DNA of 64,000 nt, from NCBI GenBank assembly GCA_963663235.2, contig CAXXNO010000004.1, forward strand, positions 768,001 to 832,000, in the 5' to 3' direction. Made by a program: the position numbers and the translations under genes. Source of the stretch: Dehalococcoidia bacterium (lineage in GTDB: Bacteria > Chloroflexota > Dehalococcoidia > Bin125). The notes under the pieces were generated by a model that did no database searches, had not been told where the DNA came from, and saw nothing but the letters and a program-made list of their open reading frames with translations. Below are positions 27,155 through 36,837 of the stretch, piece after piece (position 1 is the stretch's first letter; the number at the start of each line of letters is the position of its first letter).

Positions 27155-27322
27155 CAGCGCTCCTGTGTCTCGGCGGGCGCCAACTCGGCGGACCCCCATG
27201 TATTCCCCAACGCCCGAGGGGATGCACCGGACCCTCCTCGACGCGACCCCGAGGTTAGAGGCCGCCGCGAGTCTCCCACACGCGTCGCCGCGCGTCGCTC
27301 CCGAGCCGTTGCCCCAGATCGC

Positions 27323-27351
27323 CCGCTGAGGGCCCACCTGGCCCTCAGCGG
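27323..27351. other. Perfect 12-bp intergenic hairpin
   Basis: CCGCTGAGGGCC-CACCT-GGCCCTCAGCGG. Confidence 0.55.
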
Positions 27352-27444
27352 CTTTGGGATTCGAACGGGTGTTCTATGAGGAGACGTTATTCCGGCCGCT
27401 CCAGAGAGGACCGGGGCGCGAGCCAGTCGCGGCGTCTGGGCCGC

Positions 27445-28560
27445 CTATCTACGGCCGGCTTGCGCGAGGACTCTGCCCAGTGCCTGAAAGTACTGAGCAC
27501 ACTGCGCCGTTTCGCACGGCATGACGAGGTTCGTCGGGCGGTCCGCAACCACCACGAACGCACCGCTGTTGGGAACCGTCACCTCGGTGCGCAGGGAAGG
27601 GGGCAGAGCCCGCCCGATCAGCGTCCACATGCGCGTGTCTGGGTCGAAGGTGAATAGGCGGTCGACGCCAGCGTTGCCGTCGAGAATGTCGGTGTTGCTT
27701 TGCAAGTCCCCACAGTTCGCCACGATCTGAAGACCCGCCTGCACCTGCCAGATCAAGGTGAGTTCCTGGAACTCGAAGCCGAGGGGCTCCTCCGCGACAA
27801 GGCCGCTAATTTCGAGGAGGAACGCGCTTTCCGAACGGACGAACAGGCCGGCCATGAAATTGATACTGACGTCGCGCCGCAGGGATGCCGGCAGCCGCCT
27901 GTCAGCGACTTGAAAGCTTCGCGTCTCCGCGTCCAGGACGAAGAACGCCTGTAGAGAGGGGTTGGCGGCGAAGAGATCCTCGCTCGTCGTCGGCCTTCCG
28001 CACCAGCCCAGCGGGCTGAGACCTGCAGGAATCCGCACCTCAACCGCCGCGTCGCCGGACACACCTTCGTCGGCCACGGGCTGGAGGAAGCCGCCGAGAT
28101 CCCCGGCCGTCGTGCGGACCAGGACGAACACCTCGCCGGCGTCCAGCGCAGCGTGCGAGAGGTCGCCCGATTCGAAGCCGTCGGCGAAGATCGCGTTCGG
28201 CCCTGCGCAGCCCTCCATACAGAGGAGCGAGACGATCAGCGTGCCCCGGCCCGGCTCGCCGCCAACGAAGATGTCGGTCGCGATCAGTCCCGATCCCAGC
28301 CCAACCGAGATATCCGCGAACATGACATCGACGAACAGACCCCACCCTCCCTGGTCTTGGCCCTGGAACCCAACCGTCACGGTGCCCAAGTCGGCCTCGG
28401 CGACGAAGGTCCACGTGATCTCCTCGAAGTTCAACATTTGCGCGGCTTCCAGCGCTCCGCCGTCCGCTTCCGCATGGGAGGGGAGCGGGGTGGAGCCCAG
28501 GCCATAGCCCAGGGCGATGGCCGCCAAGGCCGAGATGACGATCAAGCGGGTCCGGGACAT
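27445..28560 (-). CDS. Secreted protein: degenerate CHRD-like domain plus two copies of the shared C-terminal module
   Basis: Signal peptide MSRTRLIVISALAAIALG. GTVTV...ATDIFVGGEPGRGTLIVSL...LDAGEVFVLVRT...GDLGGFL resembles CHRD spacing. Confidence 0.6.
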   Translation of the reverse strand: MSRTRLIVISALAAIALGYGLGSTPLPSHAEADGGALEAAQMLNFEEITWTFVAEADLGTVTVGFQGQDQGGWGLFVDVMFADISVGLGSGLIATDIFVGGEPGRGTLIVSLLCMEGCAGPNAIFADGFESGDLSHAALDAGEVFVLVRTTAGDLGGFLQPVADEGVSGDAAVEVRIPAGLSPLGWCGRPTTSEDLFAANPSLQAFFVLDAETRSFQVADRRLPASLRRDVSINFMAGLFVRSESAFLLEISGLVAEEPLGFEFQELTLIWQVQAGLQIVANCGDLQSNTDILDGNAGVDRLFTFDPDTRMWTLIGRALPPSLRTEVTVPNSGAFVVVADRPTNLVMPCETAQCAQYFQALGRVLAQAGRR

Positions 28561-28629
28561 GCAGCGTCTCCGTTTCTGCGGGGGTGCCGAGGCTAGCGCG
28601 GGGTTCGCTCGGTCCCCGCTGCGGCGCGG

Positions 28630-30774
28630 CTACGGCGCCGGCTGCTCCCAGGCGGCGGCGGCGGCCAGGCGGATGAAGAAGGCGTCGCCGTTGGCGAGCG
28701 TCTCCAACGTGTTACCGACGGGTGCGCCTCGGCGCCAGGTGTCGTAGGCGACGCCGTTCCAGCGGAAGACGGCGTCCGCGGCCGCGAGGCCTTCCAAGGC
28801 GCCTTCGATGTCCATGGCGGGGCCGGTCCACATCGCCAGGTTCAGCCCGGCGAGGAGGGCGACGGATCGGGCGTCGTTGAAGGCGGGCTGCTCCCAAGTC
28901 GCCGCCTGGTCCATGACGATCCAGAAGGCGTCGCCCGTGTTCAGGTCGGTCACGCCCTGCACCACCGCCGGCAGACCGGGGATGAAGGAGACGTAGCCCT
29001 GGGCGGCCGCGTCCCACCCGAGGATTTGGCTGAAGAGGCCGGCGATGGAAGCGGTAGCGTCGGGGATGGCGGTGTCGCCGGTCCAAGCCACCAGGTTCAG
29101 GCCGGGGACCAGGTTCACGCTGCGGGTCTGGGCCACCACCTGCCCCGGCGTGCCGAAGAAGCCGTAGAGCGCACCCGTGGGGGCGGCGAAGGGGCCGGTG
29201 GTGTGGAAGCGCGACGTGACGCGGACGTCGGGGACGCCGTCCGCGTTGAGATCGGCCACGTCGATGTCGCCGCCGAAGAGCTCGCCCGCCCGGCCGCCGA
29301 CGTAGGCGCGGGTGGCCAGTTGCGCCAGGCTGCCGGACTGGAGCGGGCCCTCGACCAGGTAGACGGCGCCGGTCTCGTCGCTAACGCCCGCCTGGGCCGC
29401 TTGGACGTCGCCGCTGTCGGCGCCGGGGACGCCGATGAGCAGGTCCAGGGCGCCGACGAGGTTCACGTCGGCGAGCCTGAGGGCGAGGCCCCGGTGGCCG
29501 TTGGGGATGCCGGAGATCTGTACCGCCTAGGGCTGGGTTTCGCTGATCGCTTCCTCCCGCCCCAGGGCGACGATGTTTTCGATCAGCCAGACGGAGGAGT
29601 CGCCAGTATCAGCGGCGGCGCCTACGGCGACGCAGGAGCCGGCGCAGAATCCGCTGCTACCCGCTCCGCTCAAAGCGAGCGCGCTCCCGAACGTGGGGTC
29701 GGTTGAGCGCACGGTGCGGACGGGGGTGACGTTAAACGAGGACTCCACGCCGCCGGGGCGGGTAATGACGTCGAGGCGGCCACCGGCGCCGTCCGCGCCG
29801 GGGATCGCGAGGAAGAGGAGGAGCAGCTCATCGATGCTGGCACCGAACGTCGCAAAGCGGGCGGCGGAGAACGCCGGCTCGGCACCGGGTTCCCAGATCG
29901 CAATCGGACCCGGCTCGGTGGTCACGCCTGCTTGCTGCACGGCGATTGCCGGATCAGTCAGCGGACGGAGTATCTCTTCTCCATCACCGAGGGTTTTTGG
30001 GTCTTCTGGCTCGAAGCTTTCTGGATCGTCCTCCTCAACAGGATCAAGTCGAAGAGGTGGTGGGAAGGCTTCGCTGTAACGACGGAGAGCTTCCGCTTCG
30101 TCCTCGCTCACTAAAACTGGAAAGTCACCCCTGAGGAGGCGTTCGAAGATATCGCGCAAGGCGATTTCGCCGTTCTCCCGAATTTCCTCTCGCCTTGTAC
30201 CCTTCTTGCCCTGCGCCGTGCGTGGCACCTCCAGATCGGCAACCGTGGGAGGGACCAGGAAGAGCAAGTCGGGCGTGCCGTCCCCATCGAAGTCGAGCAC
30301 CTGAGGATGGCGATCGAAGGCCCCCCGCGCCGCCCCCGGCACAGAGACCAGCGCCTGCGAGAGCCAGGTACGGCCGTCGAGGCGGGCGCAGCCGGACGGG
30401 TCGTCCTCCGGACACAGGACGAGGAAGGTCTCGCCTGCGCCGTAGAGGGGGAACGTCTCCGCGAGCGGATCGGTGATGAGGAAGCTAAGACCTCCCGTGT
30501 CGGGATCTGCCGAGGCGAGCACGTTGACGGGGAAGGCGAGTTGCTCGTCGGTGTCCGGGACGAAGGCGGCCTGGATGGGGCCGCCGAGGAGGAGGAAGTC
30601 GGCGTCGGCGGCGTCGATGACGTCGAGGCCGGCGATCTGGGCAGCCTGCGGCCCGGGGTCCTGTGCGTCGACGGAGGAGCGCAGCGGGTTGAGGCCCACG
30701 GCGTAGCTCAGGGCGACGACGACCATCGCGATGGTTCCCACGGCGATGGCACAGATGACCTGGGTCCGGGACAT
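28630..30774 (-). CDS. Secreted FG-GAP (integrin-like) repeat protein with two C-terminal modules; in-frame TAG at 29527-29529
   Basis: LDFDGDGTPDLL, ADVNLVGALDLLIGVPG, GAVYLVEGP, ADLNADGVPDV. ORFs 29527-30774 and 28630-29466 share one frame and the FG-GAP motif begins upstream of the second ORF's called start. Confidence 0.7.
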
Positions 30775-30778
30775 GGGC

Positions 30779-30808
30779 AGCCTCTCCGCTTCTGTGAGCG
30801 GAGAGGCT
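30779..30808. promoter_or_regulatory. Perfect 12-bp inverted repeat covering the RBS and putative -10 of the FG-GAP gene
   Basis: AGCCTCTCCGCT-N6-AGCGGAGAGGCT. Confidence 0.5.
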
Positions 30809-30896
30809 AGCCGAGGAAGGCGGGATGGTCACCGGAGGTGCGCCGGGGCGGAACTCCAATGGAGCTCCGCCCCGGCGCGGGGGGACAGGAAGGCCG

Positions 30897-33035
30897 CTAG
30901 GCGGCGGCGTCCTCCTCCTGGAGCTCGGGCAGCGCTGTGGGATGCGTGCCGGTCTGCCGCCGGGCCAGCTTGAAGGTCGACACGCCGGCGCGGAGATCAT
31001 CGGCCAGGTTGCCCAGCGTCTTGGCCGACGAGGAGACTTCCGTCACCTGCGCGGTCATCTCTTGCGCGGCGGCGGAGACCTCCTCCGTGCTCGCGGCGTT
31101 CTCTTGCGCGACGGCGGCGACGGAACCGGCGACCTCGCTGACGGCGCGGAGTTCCTGCAACACCTCGCCGATGAGCGTGACCATGTTCGCGCCGGCGCCC
31201 TTGAGTTCGTCGGAATTGGAGGTGAGCCCCTGGATCTGGCCACTGACGGACTCGACGGCGGCGAGGATACCCGTGAGGGCCTCGCCCGCCTCCTCGGCGA
31301 CCTTGGCACCGCCCTCGGTCTGGGTGGCGCCCTCCTCCATGGCGCGGACAGAGCGGTCGACATCGTCCTGGACCCCGCTGATCAAGTCAGCGATCTCCTT
31401 GGTGGCTTGAGCCACCCGCTCGGCCAGCTTGCGCACCTCGTCGGCGACGACGGCGAAGCCGCGGCCCTGCTCGCCGGCGCGGGCCGCCTCGATGGCGGCG
31501 TTCAGCGCTAAGAGGTTGGTCTGGTTGGCGATGTCGTCGATGGTCTCGACGATGCGGCCGATCTCCTTGGAGCGCTCGCCGAGGCGGGCGATCTCCTGGG
31601 AAGCGGTCTCCACGGTATCCTTGATGCGGGCCATGCCTTCAATGGTCTCGCGCACCTTCTGAGCGCCGCCTTGGGCGGTCTTGCGCGCTTCGTCGGCCTG
31701 GGTGGCAGCGGTGGTGGCGCTGTCCGCCATGGCCACGGCGGCGTCGGCGACCTGCTCCTTGGCCGCCCGCTCGATCTGAGCGGCGGAGGTGGAGACCTTG
31801 TCCAAGGATTCGTTGGCGCTCTGGAGTCCCTTGGACTGCTCGGTGGTGCCAGAGGCCACCTGGGCGGTGGTGGTGGCCACCTGGCCCGCCGCTTGGGCGG
31901 CCTCGGCGGCGGCCGACTAGAGCTGATCCTTAGACGTGCCCAAGCTGTCCGTGGCAGCGCTGACGCGGCCCATGACCTCGTTCAGGTTCTTGAGCATGGT
32001 TTCGAAAGCGGCGCCCAGCGCATCCTTCTGCGATTTCGCCGTGACCTTGACCGTGAGGTCGCCATCGGCGATCTGCTTGGCGGCGTCGGCCATTTCGCGC
32101 AGGTAGGCGCTCATGCCCACGAACGACTTGCCGAGCACATCCTGCTCCGACTTGGGATCGACTTCCGCGGAGACATCGCCCAGGGCGATCGATTCCGCGG
32201 CATCCGCCATGGTCTTCAGGTAGGCGATCATGTCGGTGAATGCAGCGGCCATCTCGCCGATCTCGTCTTTGCTCCGGACATCGACATCCTGGCTCAGGTC
32301 TCCGACGGCGATCCCCTTGGCCGCACCAAGCATGGTGCGCACCCCGCCGGTGATGCCACGGGCGATCCAAAACGCGATCCCTGCACCGATAACCAGCGCA
32401 ACGATCAGGAGCGCGACGAGGATTGTGGTCGCGGAGCTGGCCGTGCTTCTCGCGGATTCGTGCGCTGTTTGCGCCTCCGCCGCGCGAACGTCCAACAAGC
32501 CCAATTCCTCGTCGACGGCCTCGGCGAACACGGCGCGCATCCCGTCGAAGTGGCGTTTGCCCTCGCCCGAGGTCTCGAACGCGATGACGTCGTCGGTTGT
32601 CGCTATGCCATCATTGACCTCGCGACGGAGGGAGATGCCCGGCTCGGTGACCTCGGTCTGCCACGCCTCGGCTCGCGCCACAAGGTCGATCCAGCGGCGG
32701 ACCTGACCCGGGTTGTCGCTTGTCAGCTCTTGCAGTTCTGCAAGAGTTTCCACGTGCGCCTCGACACCTGACTTGTACGGATCGAGGAACTCCTCCTCGC
32801 CCGTGACGAGGAAACCGCGGTATCCGGTCTCCATGTCGACGAGGGCAGCGAGGGCATGGTCTGCGGCTTCGATCACCTCGTGGGTATGGTTCACAGACTG
32901 TGCGTTCGTGAACAGATCCTCAGCGGAATTGCCCACGCTCCGCACCTGCGTGATTGCGACGATGCCGCTGACCACCATCAACGCGAGGAAAACGCCAAAA
33001 CCCGCGTACAGCTTGGGTCCTATTTTGAGCTTCAT
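30897..33035 (-). CDS. Methyl-accepting chemotaxis protein (CHASE3-HAMP-HAMP-MA), interrupted by in-frame TAG at 31917-31919
   Basis: CHASE3 (VNHTHEVI...[21 protein letters not shown]), two TMs, HAMPs, and [37 protein letters not shown]. Both ORFs are in one frame. Confidence 0.85.
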
Positions 33036-33180
33036 CCCGAGAATCCTTTTCCTTTCACGTGCCCGTTTCCTTCCTCTGGCGCCTCGTTCGAGACAGCCCG
33101 ATCGCGCATCACGATCCTGGCGTGGCTCAAGGCATCGCTAGAGCTCCTGGCCGGATCATGGTGGTCGCCTGTCAACGCGA

Positions 33181-33207
33181 CCATCGGAGCGAATCATCTA
33201 GACCTTA
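33181..33207 (-). promoter_or_regulatory. Putative sigma28 (FliA) promoter of the MCP
   Basis: Minus strand TAAG-N15-TCCGATGG versus consensus TAAA-N15-GCCGATAA. Confidence 0.5.
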
Positions 33208-33369
33208 GGGAGGGGCCTATCGGAACGGAACGAGCAAGCTTCGTAGGTCGCGAAGGGAATTCCCTTATTCGCGTGCGGGAAAGGCCCGATGGGCTTCGGC
33301 CGCGCCGTGAGGTGCGCGCGGGTCGCCGGGTGCGGGTCGAACGGCGGCCGGAGGGGGGCGTGTATCATC

Positions 33370-33466
33370 GCGCGGAGGCGCGGAGGCGCGGAGGCGCGGA
33401 GGCGCGGAGGCGCGGAAGCGCGGAGGCGCGGAGGCGCGGAGGCGCGGAAGGCGCAAAGGCGCGGAG
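33370..33466. repeat. 8-bp tandem repeat (GCGCGGAG), about 10 copies plus 2 degenerate
   Basis: Read directly; lies between TGTATCAT and the GAGGAGG RBS of the next gene. Confidence 0.9.
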
Positions 33467-33487
33467 AGGCCGAGGAGGAAGCGGAGC

Positions 33488-35095
33488 ATGGTCACCACCG
33501 CACGGCGGAGCATTTGGGCGTGGGGGCTGGAGAGCGACGAGCCGACCGAAGGACAGCGGCGGGAAGAGGCGAAGCGGCTGGCGCAGCAGTTCAGCGTGCA
33601 GTTGGAGCCGCCACCAATTCCGCGCGCGGAGGAGCTGGATCTGCGAGCGCCCCGGATCGTCCCGCCGGACGCGCTCGCTCCCTTCTGCTTCAGCGACACG
33701 TACGAGCGGGCCGCGCACGCCTACGGCCGCTCGTACCCGGACAAGTTGCGGGCGTTGCGGCGGGAGTTCCCGAACCCGCCCGACATTGTGGCCCGCCCCC
33801 GGAACGAAGAGGAGGTGGAGGCCGTCCTGGGGTGGTGCTCCAGCAAGGGGTACGCCGCGATCCCCTACGGCGGCGGCTCATCGGTGGTGGACGGCGTCAA
33901 TCCGCCCGAGGGCTACGACGGGACCGTCACCATCGATCTGAGCGCGCTGGACTGCGTGCTGGAGATCGACGAGACATCGCGGGCGGCGCGGATCCAAGCG
34001 GGCGTGCTGGGCCCGGCGCTGGAAGCGCAGTTGAAACCGAGCGGTTACACATTGCGGCACTTCCCGCAGTCGTTCGAGTTCTCCAGCCTGGGTGGGTGGA
34101 TCGCGACGCGATCGGGCGGGCACTACGCGACGAACCACACACACATCGACGACTTCGTGGAGTCGATCCGCATGATCACGCCGAGCGGCTGGTGGGAGTC
34201 GCGGCGGCTGCCGGGGTCCGGCGCGGGGCCGAGCCCGGACCGGCTGGTTATCGGGAGCGAAGGGATCCTGGGCATCATCACGGAGGCCTGGATGCGCATC
34301 CAGGCACGGCCGCGCTACCGAGCATCCGCCGGCGTGCGTTTCCCGACCTGGGAGGCCGGCTACGAGGGCACGCGCCAAGTGGTCCAAGCGAAGCTGTGGC
34401 CGGCGAACCTGCGGCTGCTGGACCCCTCGGAGGCGGAGAAGGGGGCGGGGCTGGACGGCACGCAGGCGCTGTTGATCATCGGTTTTGAATCGGCGGAAGT
34501 GCCGCAGGGGGCGTTCGTGGGCGAGGCGGTGCGGATTGCGCGGGAGGCCGGGGGGCAGGTTGCCGAGGAGGAGATCTTGATCTCGGATGGGAGCGGCGAT
34601 CCCACGGGTCGAGGAGGCAAGGTGGGGGCGTGGCGAGACACGTTCATCCGCGCGCCGTACGACAAGAACGTCTCCGTGGGGCTGGGGTTGATCGCCGACA
34701 CGTTCGAGACATCGATCACGTGGGATCGTTTTCCGGAACTCGACGCCCAGGTGCGCGAGGCCATGCGCACCGTGCTGCAGGAGGTCTGCGGGGGCGGGAC
34801 CATCGCCTGCCGGTTCACGCACGTCTACCCGGACGGACCGGCACCGTATTACACGTACGTGGGATTCGGAAAGCAAGGGGCCGAGCTGGAGCAGTGGAGC
34901 GCGATCAAGCAAGCGGGGTCCGACGCCGTGATCAAGGCCGGGGGGACGATCACGCACCATCACGCCGTGGGGCGCCAGCATCGACCGTGGTACGACGAGC
35001 AGCGACCGGATCTGTTTGCCGAGGCGCTTCGCGGCGCCAAGCGAGCGCTGGACCCGAACGGCGTGCTCAACCCCGGCGTGCTGCTGGATCCCTGA
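33488..35095 (+). CDS. FAD-linked oxidase (alkyl-DHAP-synthase-like, VAO family)
   Basis: IPYGGGSSVVDG, RHFPQSFEFSSLGGWIATRSGG, GSEGILGII, GGTITHHHAVG, LDPNGVLNPG. Confidence 0.9.
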   Translation: MVTTARRSIWAWGLESDEPTEGQRREEAKRLAQQFSVQLEPPPIPRAEELDLRAPRIVPPDALAPFCFSDTYERAAHAYGRSYPDKLRALRREFPNPPDIVARPRNEEEVEAVLGWCSSKGYAAIPYGGGSSVVDGVNPPEGYDGTVTIDLSALDCVLEIDETSRAARIQAGVLGPALEAQLKPSGYTLRHFPQSFEFSSLGGWIATRSGGHYATNHTHIDDFVESIRMITPSGWWESRRLPGSGAGPSPDRLVIGSEGILGIITEAWMRIQARPRYRASAGVRFPTWEAGYEGTRQVVQAKLWPANLRLLDPSEAEKGAGLDGTQALLIIGFESAEVPQGAFVGEAVRIAREAGGQVAEEEILISDGSGDPTGRGGKVGAWRDTFIRAPYDKNVSVGLGLIADTFETSITWDRFPELDAQVREAMRTVLQEVCGGGTIACRFTHVYPDGPAPYYTYVGFGKQGAELEQWSAIKQAGSDAVIKAGGTITHHHAVGRQHRPWYDEQRPDLFAEALRGAKRALDPNGVLNPGVLLDP

Positions 35096-35269
35096 TGGGG
35101 GACGGCGCGCGGACGCAGACCACTAGGAGTGGGGCCTGGAGCGGAGGGTAAAGGGGCTTCTAGGCCGACACGCGGCAGGATGCTACCGTGTGGGCGGAAA
35201 CGAAGACGCTACGGATCAACGTCGCAGCGCGGCGCACCGCCGCGGCGGCGCGGAACTGACACCACCACC

Positions 35270-36837
35270 TTGGGCTTGCTCGACCGCATTACACGCAGAT
35301 CGCCTCAGCCCGCTACCGAGGAGCGCCGTCCCGTGGGCCGGGACGAGGCCGAGCGACCGCCTTCCGCGAGCGCGACAGCGGAGGGTCGCGCGGCTCAGAC
35401 TGCCGAGCAGGCAAAGCCGCGGCGCCGACGCCGACGGCGCGGTCGAGGGTCCGGCGGCAAGGCGGGGCCACCAGGCGCAGCGGCGGCGGGGTCAGGGCAG
35501 AGCCGTCGAGGGCAGCGGAGCCATCGAGGGCGGCGGAGCCATCGAGGGCGGCGGATCCGTCGAGGGCAGCGGAGCCGTCGAGGGCAGCGGAGCCGTCGAG
35601 GGCAGCGGAGCCGTCGAGGGCGGCGGATACGTCGAGGGCAGCGCGTCAGGCACTGGTGTCCGGGGGCTACCGGCTTCCGGACATCGCCACGCTGGAACGG
35701 ATTGACCCCGCCACCTACGCGGCGGGGTTCCGCAACCTCGGGCTGAGCGACCGGGCCCTGGCCACCGTGACCGGCTTGGGGTTCGACGAGCCGACGCCGA
35801 TTCAAGAGCAGAGCATCCCCGCCCTGATAGAAGGCCGCGACGTGGTGGGGCAAGCTCAGACCGGCACCGGGAAGACGCTGGCGTTCGGGCTGGCGATTAT
35901 CGAAAGACTGGACAGCGCGCTCCCCGAGGTGCAGGCCATCGTCCTGGTGCCCACGCGAGAACTGGCGCAGCAAGTGCACAGCGTGCTGGCGTTCCTGGCC
36001 GAGTCGTTCGGGCTTCAGGCGACGGCGCTGATGGGTGGCCGCCGGATGGATAAGGACTTCCAGAATCTCGAGGCCGGGCCGCAGATCGTGGTGGGGACGC
36101 CGGGCCGCGTCATCGACCATCTGGGGCGCGGGACGCTCAGCCTGCGCCGTGTCCGGCTGGCCGTGCTGGATGAGGCCGACCGCATGTTGGACATCGGCTT
36201 TGAGCCCGACATCAGCCGGATCATGAGTCGCTGCCCGAAGGATCGACAGTCGGCGCTCTACTCCGCCACGATTCCCACGTCGATCAAGACACTGATCTGG
36301 AAGTACATGCGGGACCCCGTCTACATCACCATCGCGCCGGAGCAGGCCACCGTCCCGGAGATCCGGCAGCGGTACTACGAAGTGGCCGAGCGCGACAAGC
36401 TCAAGGCTCTGATGGAGCTGCTGCCGGAGATGACGGGCCGGACGCTGATTTTTTGCAACATGAAGGTCACCGTGGACCGGCTGGTGAGTCGGTTGCGCGA
36501 CCGGAGCATCGCCGCCGACGCGATCCACGGCGATCTGGACCAACGCAAACGCGACCGGGTCATGGAGCGCTTCCGAAGCGGGGAGCTGGAGATCCTGGTC
36601 GCCACCAACGTGGCCGCCCGCGGGCTGGACATCGAAGACGTCAAGCACGTCGTGAACTTCGATCTCCCCCAGAGCGCCGAGGACTACATCCACCGCATCG
36701 GGCGGACGGGCCGGGCCGGGCGGGAAGGCAGCGCCACCACCTTTGTGGCGGAATGGGACATGGACACGTTCGACGCGATCAAAAAGACCGCGGGGGATGA
36801 CCTCCGGCGTGGCGAGCTATCTCTCTATGTCACGTAG
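35270..36837 (+). CDS. DEAD-box RNA helicase; intact core 35656-36837, Arg-rich N-terminal extension joined through an apparent frameshift near 35493
   Basis: Q motif GFDEPTPIQ, AQTGTGKT, PTRELA, TPGR, DEAD, SAT, HRIGRTGRAG. Upstream TTG-start MGLLDRITRR...PRRRRRRRGRG is in another frame. Confidence 0.85.
35500..35643 (+). repeat. 18-bp tandem repeat x8 (EPSRAA in the helicase frame)
   Basis: GAGCC(G/A)TCGAGGGC(A/G)GCG units; most variation is at third codon positions of the helicase frame. Confidence 0.9.

Noticed and set aside
29527-31919. Genome-wide TAG reassignment or pyrrolysine
   Set aside because: TAG ends many genes at their family C-termini, no pyl genes or shared downstream element are visible, and the interrupted positions are not catalytic.
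35129-35746. Stand-alone protamine-like protein
   Set aside because: Overlaps the helicase, and repeat variation is mostly synonymous in the EPSRAA frame, so it is best read as the frameshifted helicase N-terminus.
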